Positions 26,644 through 35,093 are shown, numbered from the stretch's first letter. The stretch is 64,000 nucleotides of DNA from Candidatus Dormibacteria bacterium (GCA_049521435.1 JBEKOU010000006.1:10943-74942), one strand, 5' to 3'. Program-made: numbers and translations. The notes: generated from the sequence alone by a model not told the origin.

Positions 26644-27493
26644 AGGCAGCGGCCACCGCACCGGCGCGGTCCGGAGCGTGCTCCAGGAAGAGTCGGGGCT
26701 CGATGCACTCCAGCTCGATGAGGAGCAGCTCGCCATCCTCCCCGCGGGCCATGTCCACCCGGGCGTAGAGGAGCCGGTCGGGACCACCCGGAACGCTGTC
26801 GAGGACGGTCTGCGCGAAGCGGGCGTGCTCGTCCAGGACCGGGGTGGGCACGACCTGCTGGTGCCGGCCCCGCGAGAGATCCGCCGCGGGTGGCTTCCCG
26901 ACCCGCAACACGCCGGCCTTGCGGATCGCGTGGCTGACCTCGCCGCCGATGACGTAGGTCCCGACCTCGCCCTCGCGGTCGATGGCGCTGAGGTGCGGCT
27001 GGACCATGGCCGTGACGCCCGCCGCGGTGATGGCGTCGACGTGGCGGCGGGCCGCCAGCCGGCCGGACCGGTCGTAGCTGGCGGAGGAGCGGGCGCCGGC
27101 CGAGATCACGGGCTTGACCACGAAACGCTCCCAGGGAACGGTCTCGAGGCTCTCCCCGGGCCCGATCCAGAGGGTGGGGACGATCGCGACCCCGGCTCGC
27201 TGCAGGTCCTGGAGGTAGCGCTTGTCACTGTTCCAGACCAGCACGTCCACCGGGTTGGCGAGGGGCATCCGGCTCGAGGTCTGCCGGCACCAGTCGAGGA
27301 AACGCCGGGGGTCGTCGATGTAGTCCGAGGCGGAACGGATGACGGCGCCGTCAAAGGAGCCCGCCTCGAGCTCCGCGGCCCAGCCCACGGGGATGCCGGC
27401 GACGCCGAGCCGGTCGAGCGCCGGCAGCAGGAGCTCACCGTCCGCACCCAGATCGGTCGCCCCGATCCAGGTGATCAGCGCGAGGCGGATCAT
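26612..27493 (-). CDS. ATP-grasp-fold protein, unknown substrate
   Basis: LANPVDVLVWNSDKRYLQDLQRAGVAIVPT, FVVKPVISAGA, and a C-terminal ELECIEP-type Mg site. ATG 27493 (MIRLALITW); alternative TTG 27505. Confidence 0.65.
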   Translation of the reverse strand: MIRLALITWIGATDLGADGELLLPALDRLGVAGIPVGWAAELEAGSFDGAVIRSASDYIDDPRRFLDWCRQTSSRMPLANPVDVLVWNSDKRYLQDLQRAGVAIVPTLWIGPGESLETVPWERFVVKPVISAGARSSASYDRSGRLAARRHVDAITAAGVTAMVQPHLSAIDREGEVGTYVIGGEVSHAIRKAGVLRVGKPPAADLSRGRHQQVVPTPVLDEHARFAQTVLDSVPGGPDRLLYARVDMARGEDGELLLIELECIEPRLFLEHAPDRAGAVAAAFAAWLGRAAL

Positions 27494-27544
27494 CTGGCCG
27501 GCCAAACGGGGCGGGGCCCTCGAGGCCTCGAAGGTGGCCGCGTT

Positions 27545-28693
27545 TCAGAGGAGATCGGTGCGTCCCTCCTCGCGCAGCCGATCGACCACCTCCTTGACTC
27601 GCTGGGTCTGGTCGAGCGGGATCACCAGTAGTGCGTCGCCGCTGTCCACGACCGCCAGCCCCTCGACGCCCACCACTGCCACGAGGCGACCGCCACGTCC
27701 GATCACGAAGCTGTTGGCGACGTCGATTGCGACGACCTCCCCCTCGAGGACGTTCCCGGCGGTGTCCCCGTCGCCGGTGTGCCGGCTCGTCTCATGGAGA
27801 TCCGCGAAGGTGCCGAGGTCAGACCAGGAGAAGGAACCCCGCACGACGGTCAGCCGGCGGGTCCGCTCGAAGATCAGGGTGTCGACGGCCACCGGCTGGA
27901 TCTCGCCGTAGAGGGAGACGGCGTGGTCCTCATCGCCGCGGCGTCGCGCCGCCGCCACCTCGGTGACCCTGGCGGCCAGGTGCGGGTTGGCGGCCGCCAG
28001 CTCCTCCTGGAAGATCGGGGCGGGCCAGGCGAAGAGCCCGCTGTTCCAGAGGTAGCGACCGCCCGCGACGTAGCCCTGCGCCACCTCCAGAGAGGGTTTC
28101 TCGACGAAGCCGGCGGCCCGGTAGGCGGGAACAGCGGCCGCCGCCTCCCGCTGGGCTGGCCCGGCCTTTGCGCCGCTCGGGGGGAGCCACCGCTCAGGGT
28201 CAAGCGGCGACCCGCCGACCGCCACGTAGCCGAGACCGGTGGACGGGTAGCTGGGGCTGACGCCAACGGTCGCCAGCCCCTCGGTGACCGCCGCCCACCC
28301 CGCCGCGGCCAGGACGGCGGCACGGTAGCCCTTCCCATCCTCGATGTGACTGTCGGCGTGCACCGATGAGATCAGAGCTTCGCGATCCTCCTGGGCGATC
28401 CACGCCGTGGCGAGCCCCAGAGCGGGGCCGGTGCCCTTCGCCTCCGGTTCTGCGATCACCGCGTCCGGTGGAAGGCCCAGGTCGGCGAGTGCCCGGCGGC
28501 AGGCCTCGGCTTGGGACGCCGTGGTGACGACACGAACGGAGTCCGCCAGGGGAAGCATCCGATCGACGGTCGCCCGGAGCAGCGTGACCCCGGTGGTATC
28601 CAGGGGCAGCAGGTGCTTGGGAACGCCGGCTCGCGACAGCGGCCAGAGCCGGGTACCGCTGCCTCCCGCCAGGACCAGGACGTGGTAGCCCAC
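27545..28693 (-). CDS. Mannose-1-phosphate guanylyltransferase (nucleotidyltransferase part only)
   Basis: VLAGGSGTRLWPLSRAGVPKHLLPL. 382 aa. Lacks a C-terminal cupin. Confidence 0.85.
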   Translation of the reverse strand: MGYHVLVLAGGSGTRLWPLSRAGVPKHLLPLDTTGVTLLRATVDRMLPLADSVRVVTTASQAEACRRALADLGLPPDAVIAEPEAKGTGPALGLATAWIAQEDREALISSVHADSHIEDGKGYRAAVLAAAGWAAVTEGLATVGVSPSYPSTGLGYVAVGGSPLDPERWLPPSGAKAGPAQREAAAAVPAYRAAGFVEKPSLEVAQGYVAGGRYLWNSGLFAWPAPIFQEELAAANPHLAARVTEVAAARRRGDEDHAVSLYGEIQPVAVDTLIFERTRRLTVVRGSFSWSDLGTFADLHETSRHTGDGDTAGNVLEGEVVAIDVANSFVIGRGGRLVAVVGVEGLAVVDSGDALLVIPLDQTQRVKEVVDRLREEGRTDLL

Positions 28694-28741
28694 GGCAGCT
28701 CTACGGCGAGCAGGCCCGGGGGGCGCTCGGAATGGACGGCA

Positions 28742-29941
28742 TCAGCCAGTCTGCCCCGCAACACTCAGGGGTTCGACCCCAGCCTCCGAGGCGAGCTCGG
28801 CGGCCAGGCCGGTCTGCTCCCACGGAAGGTTGAGGTCGCTCCGTCCGAAGTGGCCGAAGGCCGCGACCTGGCGGTAGATCGGCCGGCGGAGCTGGAGGGC
28901 GCTGATGATCCCGACCGGGGAGAGGTCGAAGTACTCGTCGACCAGCGCCTCGATCTGGGAGAGCGGCACCCGCTCCGTTCCGAACGCCTCGATCATCACT
29001 GAGACCGGCTTGGCCACCCCGATCGCGTAAGCGACCTGTATCTCGCACTTGGTGGCGAGCCCGGCGGCCACGATGTTCTTGGCCACCCAGCGGGCGGCGT
29101 AGGCGGCGCTGCGGTCAACCTTGGTCGGATCCTTGCCGCTGAAGGCGCCCCCGCCATGCCGGGCGTATCCGCCATAGGTGTCGACGATGATCTTGCGACC
29201 GGTGAGACCGGCATCCCCCTGCGGCCCCCCGACGACGAACCGTCCCGTGGGGTTCACATAGCGCTTGGTCTCGGCGTCCAGCCATTCGGCGGGGATGATG
29301 GGGTTGACCACCATCTCCTGGACGTCGGCGAAGATCTGGTCGTTGGAAACCTCGTCGGAGTGCTGAACGCTGACCAGCACCGTGTCCACCCGGCGCGGGC
29401 GTCCCTCGGTGTCGTACTCCACGGTCACCTGGGTCTTGCCGTCGGGACGCGCCCAGCGCAGGGTCCCCTCGCGCCGTGCGGTGGAGAGCTGCCGGGCGAG
29501 CCGGTGGGCGAGCTGGATGGGCGCCGGCATCAGCTCAGGGGTCTCGTCACAGGCGAAGCCGACCATCATCCCCTGGTCGCCGGCCCCACCCGTGTTGACC
29601 CCCTGGGCGATGTCCGGGGACTGCTCGTCGAGGGAGACCAGGACGCCGCAGGTCTCGAAGTCGAAGCCGAATTTGGCGCGGGTGTAGCCGATCTCGCGGA
29701 TGGTCTGGCGGACGATGCCCGGGATGTCGACGTAAGCCTGGGTGCTGATCTCTCCGAAGACCAGGACGGTGCCCGTGCAGAGGGCCGTCTCGCAGGCGAC
29801 CCGGCCCAGGGGGTCCTTGGCCAGGACGGCGTCCAGCACGGCGTCACTGATCTGATCGGCCATCTTGTCGGGATGGCCGTCCGTCACCGATTCCGAGGTG
29901 AAGAGCCGCTTCTGCGGCCCATGGGGATGGTGCGGGGTCAT
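28742..29941 (-). CDS. metK: S-adenosylmethionine synthetase
   Basis: [48 protein letters not shown]. Shine-Dalgarno ggaggg 7 nt upstream of ATG 29941. Confidence 0.95.
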   Translation of the reverse strand: MTPHHPHGPQKRLFTSESVTDGHPDKMADQISDAVLDAVLAKDPLGRVACETALCTGTVLVFGEISTQAYVDIPGIVRQTIREIGYTRAKFGFDFETCGVLVSLDEQSPDIAQGVNTGGAGDQGMMVGFACDETPELMPAPIQLAHRLARQLSTARREGTLRWARPDGKTQVTVEYDTEGRPRRVDTVLVSVQHSDEVSNDQIFADVQEMVVNPIIPAEWLDAETKRYVNPTGRFVVGGPQGDAGLTGRKIIVDTYGGYARHGGGAFSGKDPTKVDRSAAYAARWVAKNIVAAGLATKCEIQVAYAIGVAKPVSVMIEAFGTERVPLSQIEALVDEYFDLSPVGIISALQLRRPIYRQVAAFGHFGRSDLNLPWEQTGLAAELASEAGVEPLSVAGQTG

Positions 29942-30074
29942 CAGAGAGCCCTCCAATCTCACCGGCGGCCACCGACCCGCCTGTCGCGGCGCCGGCCCAC
30001 TCCTGTCCGAGATGCGATCGATCCTACCAGGCTCCGGCTCGAAACCGCGCCGTCACTAGCCGGGAGCCGGTCAG

Positions 30075-30096
30075 ACGTGTACTGTATCCAACACGT
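30075..30096. promoter_or_regulatory. Inverted repeat ACGTGT-N10-ACACGT in the metK/zinc-ribbon divergent region
   Basis: Read directly. Short arms, so it could be chance. Confidence 0.25.
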
Positions 30097-30145
30097 ATAA
30101 CCAACCCGGCGACGGTTTCAGCGCCGGACTTTAGGAGCACAGGCG

Positions 30146-30469
30146 TTGGCCGTCGATCAGACTCTGCGCTGCCGCGAATGCGGTGTCGACTTCATCTGGA
30201 CCGAGGGGGAGCAGCAGTTCTTCTCGTCCAAGGGACTCACCAACCCCCCCTCGCGCTGCCCTTCGTGCCGCGCCGCCCGTAAGGCGGCCGGGATGGGCGG
30301 GGGCGGCTACGGCGGAGGTGGCGGGGGCGGCGGACGCTCCGGCGGCGGGCCACGCCAGATGTTCGAGGTGACCTGCGCCGGCTGCGGCGGGATCGCTCGG
30401 GTTCCCTTCCAGCCTCGCGGTGACAAGCCCGTCTACTGCAGCGACTGCTTCCGTACGTCGGCACGGTGA
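30146..30469 (+). CDS. Double zinc-ribbon protein with Gly-rich linker
   Basis: TTG start with AGGAG 8 nt upstream. CRECGVDFIWTEGEQQFF...RCPSCR, then GMGGGGYGGGGGGGGRSGGG, then CAGCGG-x17-CSDCF. Confidence 0.8.
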   Translation: MAVDQTLRCRECGVDFIWTEGEQQFFSSKGLTNPPSRCPSCRAARKAAGMGGGGYGGGGGGGGRSGGGPRQMFEVTCAGCGGIARVPFQPRGDKPVYCSDCFRTSAR

Positions 30470-30744
30470 CAGGGGTCCCGAGCGACGCCATCGCGATCGG
30501 CGCGAGGGTCAGCTTCCCCTATGGGGGGAGCCGGCGCGTCGGTACGGTGTCGGACGTCTCGATGCTTCCTGACGGGGGCGGTGGGCTGAGCGTCTCCTAC
30601 CTCATCGACGTGGGCAACCGCAAGGTGTTTGTCCAGGGCGACGGAGTGACGCGGGCCAGCGCCGGGCCCCTGCCCGCATTCGACGCGGTGGCCGAGGGGG
30701 CCGCCTACGGCCGCAAGCGGCCGCGCAACCCCCGCCGCAGGTAG
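30466..30744 (+). CDS. Small hypothetical protein, possible SH3/Tudor-like beta-barrel with basic tail
   Basis: GTGA overlap with the upstream stop. IGARVSFPYGG-RRVGTVSDV...YLIDVGNRKVFV. C-terminal RKRPRNPRRR. Confidence 0.5.
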   Translation: MTGVPSDAIAIGARVSFPYGGSRRVGTVSDVSMLPDGGGGLSVSYLIDVGNRKVFVQGDGVTRASAGPLPAFDAVAEGAAYGRKRPRNPRRR

Positions 30745-30802
30745 GCAGCAGATCGCACCCGCGCGACGCGGCACCCCCGCTCTCGGGGGTGCCGGGCGCA
30801 CG

Positions 30803-30808
30803 TAGACT
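30803..30808 (+). promoter_or_regulatory. -10-like box TAGACT, 6 nt upstream of GTG 30815 (leaderless layout)
   Basis: tagact ggcggc GTG. Confidence 0.5.
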
Positions 30809-30814
30809 GGCGGC

Positions 30815-31495
30815 GTGCCTCGCTTCCGGCTGTCCGCCTACATCACATCCACCTTCGGGGTCGAGGACTGGCGAAGTTTCCGGCTCTGCGGCATGGACGA
30901 GGTGGGCAGGGGGGCCTTCGCCGGGCCGCTGGTGGCCGCGGCCGTGGTTCTGCCCCGAGGCTTTCGCCACCCGTGGTTGCGGGACTCCAAGAAACTGACG
31001 GCACGTCAGCGGGAGGTGGTGGCCGAGGAGGTCCACCGCCGGGCCGTCGCCTGCGCGATCGCGGAGATCAGCACCGACGACATCAACCGCCGTGGCCTCG
31101 GCTGGGCCAATGTGGAGGTATTCCGCCGCCTGGTCATGGAGGTCGCGGCGGACGGCTACTGCTGTGATGGCCGCCTTCGGATCGATGCTGCCCATCCCGT
31201 CCATTGCCTGGTGGGCGGCGACGACCTGGTGCCGCAGATCTCGGCTGCCTCGATCGTCGCCAAGGTCCATCGCGACGCCCTGATGCGCCGCCTCGACCTG
31301 GATGCCCCGGAGTACGGCTGGGCCAGCAACAAGGGCTATGGCGCCCCCGTCCACCGCGCCGCCATCCTCGCCCACGGTGTGCACCCAGAGCATCGGCGCG
31401 TCTTCATCGAGAATCTACTGCAGCTCCAGCTGGACCTGGGGTTGGATGTGGTGGCCGGGGCGTCGCTCGCCGGGTCTGCCAGCCCGCTCATCTGA
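30815..31495 (+). CDS. rnhB: Ribonuclease HII
   Basis: GMDEVGRGAFAGPLVAAAV, DSKKLTARQRE, ASIVAK. Confidence 0.9.
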   Translation: MPRFRLSAYITSTFGVEDWRSFRLCGMDEVGRGAFAGPLVAAAVVLPRGFRHPWLRDSKKLTARQREVVAEEVHRRAVACAIAEISTDDINRRGLGWANVEVFRRLVMEVAADGYCCDGRLRIDAAHPVHCLVGGDDLVPQISAASIVAKVHRDALMRRLDLDAPEYGWASNKGYGAPVHRAAILAHGVHPEHRRVFIENLLQLQLDLGLDVVAGASLAGSASPLI

Positions 31496-31551
31496 GGGGG
31501 AAACCGCCGCCACCGACTGCGCGGCGCCCGGCCCGCCAGGAGGTGAGCCGG

Positions 31552-31785
31552 TCAGCCCGCGCCGCACCCGCACGCGCCGCCGCAGCATCCACCCCCGGCG
31601 GAGGGGCCGGTGCGAGCCGAGACGCCTGGCTGCCCCCCCACGAGCATCCCGACACGGCTGATCAGGGGCATGCTCGCGCGGCTCTCGCATCTGGGACATA
31701 CCGCGGCCAGCTCGCGCTCCGCCATCGAGCGCATCACCTCATAGACGGCGGCACAGTCGTTGCACCGGTATTCGTAGAGGGGCAT
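31552..31785 (-). CDS. FmdB-family zinc-ribbon protein (CxxC_CxxC) with Gly/Cys-rich tail
   Basis: Trimmed to MPLYEYRCNDCAAVYEV...CPRCES. Tail GGGCCGGACGCGAG. Confidence 0.8.
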   Translation of the reverse strand: MPLYEYRCNDCAAVYEVMRSMAERELAAVCPRCESRASMPLISRVGMLVGGQPGVSARTGPSAGGGCCGGACGCGAG

Positions 31786-31812
31786 TCGCTCAGGGTACCC
31801 GAGCCGGCACGT

Positions 31813-31841
31813 TTGACATACGAACATAAGTTCGATACAAT
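31813..31841 (+). promoter_or_regulatory. Near-consensus sigma-70-type promoter TTGACA-17 nt-TACAAT, 6 nt upstream of ATG 31848
   Basis: ttgaca tacgaacataagttcga tacaat gcgggc ATG, read directly. Confidence 0.65.
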
Positions 31842-31847
31842 GCGGGC

Positions 31848-32141
31848 ATGGTCGCACCCGGGACGATCGAGTTGGAGCTTCCCCTCGGCGACGGCCCGAC
31901 GGGAGAGCTGGCGAGCCGCCGGTTGGGCCACGTCCGTCAGATCGTTGGCGATGATGGCGACGCGCTGGTGCGCCTGGCTGCGGCCTTCCCCAATCTGGCT
32001 GCGATGTATGCGGCGTCCGAGGAGGAACTGGGCCGCGTGGTCGGCCCGGTCGCGGCGGCCCGGATACGCTGGTTCCTGGACGCTCCTCTCGCGACGAGCC
32101 TTGCTCCCCGGCATCTGAGGGCGCTCGCCGAAGCGGCCTGA
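31848..32141 (+). CDS. Small hypothetical protein with helix-hairpin-helix-like segment
   Basis: 97 aa. EEELGRVVGPVAAARI resembles an HhH motif. Leaderless promoter immediately upstream. Hairpin CGGGCCG-N15-CGGCCCG right after the stop. Confidence 0.6.
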   Translation: MVAPGTIELELPLGDGPTGELASRRLGHVRQIVGDDGDALVRLAAAFPNLAAMYAASEEELGRVVGPVAAARIRWFLDAPLATSLAPRHLRALAEAA

Positions 32142-32369
32142 CGGGCCGCGGCGCTGTGTGTATCGGCCCGGTTTCCCGCCCAGCGACACGAGTGACCGGA
32201 GAGCGGCGGCGGTCTCCCGGGAGGGTGCCGGCTGTGTCAGCATTGGACCAAGCGGGAAGTCGCATGACGGCAGCGTCGCTGACGGGGCGATGGCGACGCC
32301 GGCCGTCGCGATCCCTGGTTGGGATCGGCTTCCGCCCCGTCCATGACCCGCCCATCGAGGAGAAGGACC

Positions 32370-33005
32370 ATGCTGGGTCGACGCTCCGGGTCCGCCGTGA
32401 TCGACAGGATCGACAAAGAGTTGACAGAGACGGGCAGCAAAGCCGTCGAGAAGGCGGCCGAAACCGTGACCGACCTCGCCGAACGTGCGGTCGTGGTGGC
32501 TCGTGAAGCCCAGCGCGCCGCCAGTCCGGCGCTGCGCAATGCCGCCCACAGCTCGGCGGAGACCCTGAGCCACGCCGCCGAGCGGGCAGCAGTGGTCCTC
32601 GCCGAGGCCGCTGACCGTCTCTCACAGGAGGTTGCCGAGATGCCGAGCTCCGCAAAGGGCAAGCGCGCCGCGAAAGCTGCGGCGAAGGCCGAGATCAAGG
32701 CTGCGCGTCCAAAGCGGTGGCGCCGCCGGTTCCGCCGGACCCTTGTGGTCACCGGTGTCGCCGGGGCGGTGTACCTGGTTGTCGCCAAGACGCCGTTGAA
32801 GGCCAAGCTCTCGGAACTGGTCTTCGGTCCCCCCCTCGACGAGGAGGACCTCGAGCCGATCACGCTGCCGGTCAGCGGTTCGCAGACGGCGGATGACGGT
32901 GAGGCATCGGAAGCACCGGACGCAGCGGACAGCACGAAGAAGGCCCCAAAGGCCAGGGGACACACCTCGACCCGGGCACCCAAGGACGATGGTGCCGCGG
33001 AGTAA
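32370..33005 (+). CDS. Hypothetical single-pass membrane protein with Ala/Glu-rich helical N-terminal region
   Basis: Trimmed to MLGRRSG (GAGGAGAAGG upstream). Basic stretch KRWRRRFRR followed by TM helix TLVVTGVAGAVYLVV. Acidic C-terminal tail. Confidence 0.6.
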   Translation: MLGRRSGSAVIDRIDKELTETGSKAVEKAAETVTDLAERAVVVAREAQRAASPALRNAAHSSAETLSHAAERAAVVLAEAADRLSQEVAEMPSSAKGKRAAKAAAKAEIKAARPKRWRRRFRRTLVVTGVAGAVYLVVAKTPLKAKLSELVFGPPLDEEDLEPITLPVSGSQTADDGEASEAPDAADSTKKAPKARGHTSTRAPKDDGAAE

Positions 33006-33050
33006 TGGGACGTCCCGGCACGCGCCATCGCCCATCCTGAAGGAGCGTCA

Positions 33051-33659
33051 GTGACCGATCGCCCATTCCTGCCCCGTCGCCCCCCGGACGATCGGTCCTA
33101 CCCGCGACCCCCCTACCGTCCCCCGGTTCCGACCCCACGTCCCAATTCGGAACCGGCCCCGACCTCCAGCAGCGTCCGGCTCAAGGATGGGGAGCGCGAG
33201 ATCGAGGTGAGTGGGACCCCCATCTTCGTCCGTCAGGTGCTGGACGACCTGCCGACGCTGCTTGCCCGCCTTCGCGGGGAGACGCCTCCGACCCCGGCCG
33301 CGATCCGCATGCCCGCTCCCTCCGTCCCCCAACCGCCCGCGACTCATCGGTCCGCACCAGAGGTCCGCTCCACCGCGCCAGAGGTCCGGGCTCCCGAGCC
33401 TGAGGCACCACCGGTTGCGCCGGATGTGCCCGTCTCGGCCAGCCCCACCCGCAATGCCGTGGGGGACGACGACGGGATCTCCCTCGAGGAGCAGGTGCTG
33501 GCCGCTCTGCGTGGTGCCGAGCACCCGCTCCCGGTTGTGGGCATCCGTGATCGCCTCGGCCCCGGGGTCAGCGGGCAGCAGGTCCGCCGCATCCTGGAGC
33601 GCGCCGGATCCAAGGTGGTCGCGAGCGGCGACCGGCCGATCCGCTACCGGCTTCGCTAG
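33051..33659 (+). CDS. Hypothetical Pro-rich protein with C-terminal winged-helix-like domain
   Basis: GTG start with GAAGGAG upstream. APEVRS/APEVRA/PEPEAP repeats. C-terminal LEEQVLAALRGAEHPLPVVGIRDRL...QVRRILERAG. Confidence 0.55.
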   Translation: MTDRPFLPRRPPDDRSYPRPPYRPPVPTPRPNSEPAPTSSSVRLKDGEREIEVSGTPIFVRQVLDDLPTLLARLRGETPPTPAAIRMPAPSVPQPPATHRSAPEVRSTAPEVRAPEPEAPPVAPDVPVSASPTRNAVGDDDGISLEEQVLAALRGAEHPLPVVGIRDRLGPGVSGQQVRRILERAGSKVVASGDRPIRYRLR

Positions 33660-33677
33660 GCTTCGCCGGGCGGTGGG

Positions 33678-33751
33678 TGGGCGAGGCAGGATTCGAACCT
33701 GCGACCCGAGGGTTATGAGCCCCCTGCTCTAACCGGCTGAGCTACTCGCCC
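33678..33751 (-). tRNA. tRNA with CAU anticodon (elongator Met type; Ile2/lysidine not excluded)
   Basis: Hand-folded cloverleaf: GGGCGAG TA GCTC AGCCGGTTA GAGC A GGGGG CTCATAA CCCTC GGGTC GCAGG TTCGAAT CCTGC CTCGCCC A. G1-C72 is paired. CCA is not encoded. Confidence 0.9.
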
Positions 33752-33789
33752 CCGTCCCATTTGACCAGACGGACGGCCCCACGAGAGGC

Positions 33790-33795
33790 TACGCT
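33790..33795 (+). promoter_or_regulatory. -10-like box TACGCT, 8 nt upstream of ATG 33804
   Basis: tacgct gcccagcg ATG. Confidence 0.35.
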
Positions 33796-33803
33796 GCCCA
33801 GCG

Positions 33804-34361
33804 ATGACTGACACGCCCACGCCAGCCCGTCCGCGCCGCCCCGACAAGCAGCTCTACTTCCTGATCCTGGCGATCGCGGCCCGGAGCCGCGCCGACTGCC
33901 TGGGCCGCCGGGTGGGGGCCGTCATCACGCGCGAGGACCGCGTCCTCAGCACCGGGTACAACGGGACGCCCTTCGGCATGCCCAACTGCACCGAGGGCGG
34001 CTGCCGGCGCTGCGCACAGCGCGACCTCGACACCAGCCTCCGCGGCGGCGCCTACGACGTCTGCATCTGCGTCCACGCCGAGCAGAACGCACTGCTCACC
34101 GCCGCCCGCTTCGGCCAGCAGACCCTCGGAGCCTCGATCACCTCGACCATGCAGCCCTGCTTCGGGTGCCTCAAGGAGCTGCTCCAGGCCGGCATCGAGG
34201 AGGTGCGCTTCCTCCACCCGTGGGACCCGGTGGAGGCGTACCACGACCCGGGCCTGGCTCAGCAGTACGCGGCGCTGCGCGCCCGCTTTCGGGTCTTCTC
34301 CCAGATCGGCGACCCCGCCATGGACACCGAGGACCTCTTTGCCGGGTTCAGCAGGGGCTAG
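33804..34361 (+). CDS. Deoxycytidylate (dCMP) deaminase, ComEB-type
   Basis: VGAVI...GYNG, CVHAEQNAL, PCFGCLKEL zinc motifs. Confidence 0.9.
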   Translation: MTDTPTPARPRRPDKQLYFLILAIAARSRADCLGRRVGAVITREDRVLSTGYNGTPFGMPNCTEGGCRRCAQRDLDTSLRGGAYDVCICVHAEQNALLTAARFGQQTLGASITSTMQPCFGCLKELLQAGIEEVRFLHPWDPVEAYHDPGLAQQYAALRARFRVFSQIGDPAMDTEDLFAGFSRG

Positions 34362-34382
34362 AACCGGACCTGTCTCTGGGCA

Positions 34383-34880
34383 TCATCGGTGCCGTCTCCG
34401 GTTCTGCTGCCGCCGGCGCGACGCCCACCAGCCGGCCCCTGTCGCCAGCATCGCGATGACCACCACGGCGATGACGGCCAGCCACAGGGAGTCGTCGACT
34501 CCGCCCAAGGTTGCAGTTGCAGGAGTCGTCGTGATGGTCACGATGGGTGTCGCCGAAGCTGTGGGGACAGAAGCGTTCGGCGAGCTGATCTGAGCGGTCG
34601 GGCCGACGGTGGGCACGGCCGTGGGGGTTGCAGTGGAGGTGGTCCCGCTCGGCGGCGCCGGCGTCGGGGAGATCGGCGCCACGGCGTGCAAGCCGGCCAT
34701 CGGCAACGCCGGTCCCGCTGCGCCCACCGGAATCGGAACGAGGGAGGCCGCCCCCCCGACGCCCACGGCAGCCGCCAGGAGCAGAAGCGAGCCCGCCGCC
34801 CCCGAGACCCTTGCCCGCCAGATCCGCCACACGGTACGCGCCTCCTGGGGCGGGTCCGGATGGACGCCTGGCCCAGCCAT
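34383..34880 (-). CDS. Thr/Pro-rich surface protein with N-terminal signal/anchor and C-terminal TM plus Arg-rich tail
   Basis: Trimmed to MAGPGVHP...GSLLLLAAAVGV. TTSTATPTAVPTVGPT low-complexity region. C-terminus LGGVDDSLWLAVIAVVVIAMLATGAGWWASRRRQQNRRRHR. Start uncertain. Confidence 0.5.
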   Translation of the reverse strand: MAGPGVHPDPPQEARTVWRIWRARVSGAAGSLLLLAAAVGVGGAASLVPIPVGAAGPALPMAGLHAVAPISPTPAPPSGTTSTATPTAVPTVGPTAQISSPNASVPTASATPIVTITTTPATATLGGVDDSLWLAVIAVVVIAMLATGAGWWASRRRQQNRRRHR

Positions 34881-35093
34881 ACAACGCGGCCGCGCTGGAA
34901 CGGTTACCGTCGCCGCGCGCTCGACGCGTCCGCCCAGCCTCGAGAGCACGGGCGCCCCCCGATCGGCTATACAGGGAGTCAGCCCCACCCGCCACAGAAG
35001 GAGGTCCACCGTGAGCGCCACGCACCTGGACGACGAGGAAGAGGAAGAGGACAAGTAGCTGGCAGCCGGGGATCGGCGCGGCCGGGGGCAACC

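Noticed and set aside
29942-30145. Possible SAM riboswitch in the metK 5' leader
   Set aside because: The leader has generic GC hairpins (e.g. GGCTCCCGGC...GCCGGAGCC). I could not find the S-box core (e.g. AGAGGGC...GGCAACC), the SAM-IV GGCAACC core or other SAM-class signatures. A covariance-model scan (Rfam SAM-I/IV/VI) would be needed to overturn this.
30146-33751. Integrated mobile element at the 3' end of tRNA(CAU)
   Set aside because: There is no integrase, excisionase or phage-like gene. I saw no obvious drop in GC and no visible direct repeat of the tRNA 3' end. rnhB lies inside the interval.
33678-33751. Initiator tRNA-fMet assignment
   Set aside because: The anticodon stem has the three G-C pairs typical of initiators. 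However, position 1-72 is a normal G-C pair rather than the bacterial C1xA72 mismatch. The D and T arms also resemble elongator Met. I therefore call it elongator Met, with Ile2 not excluded.
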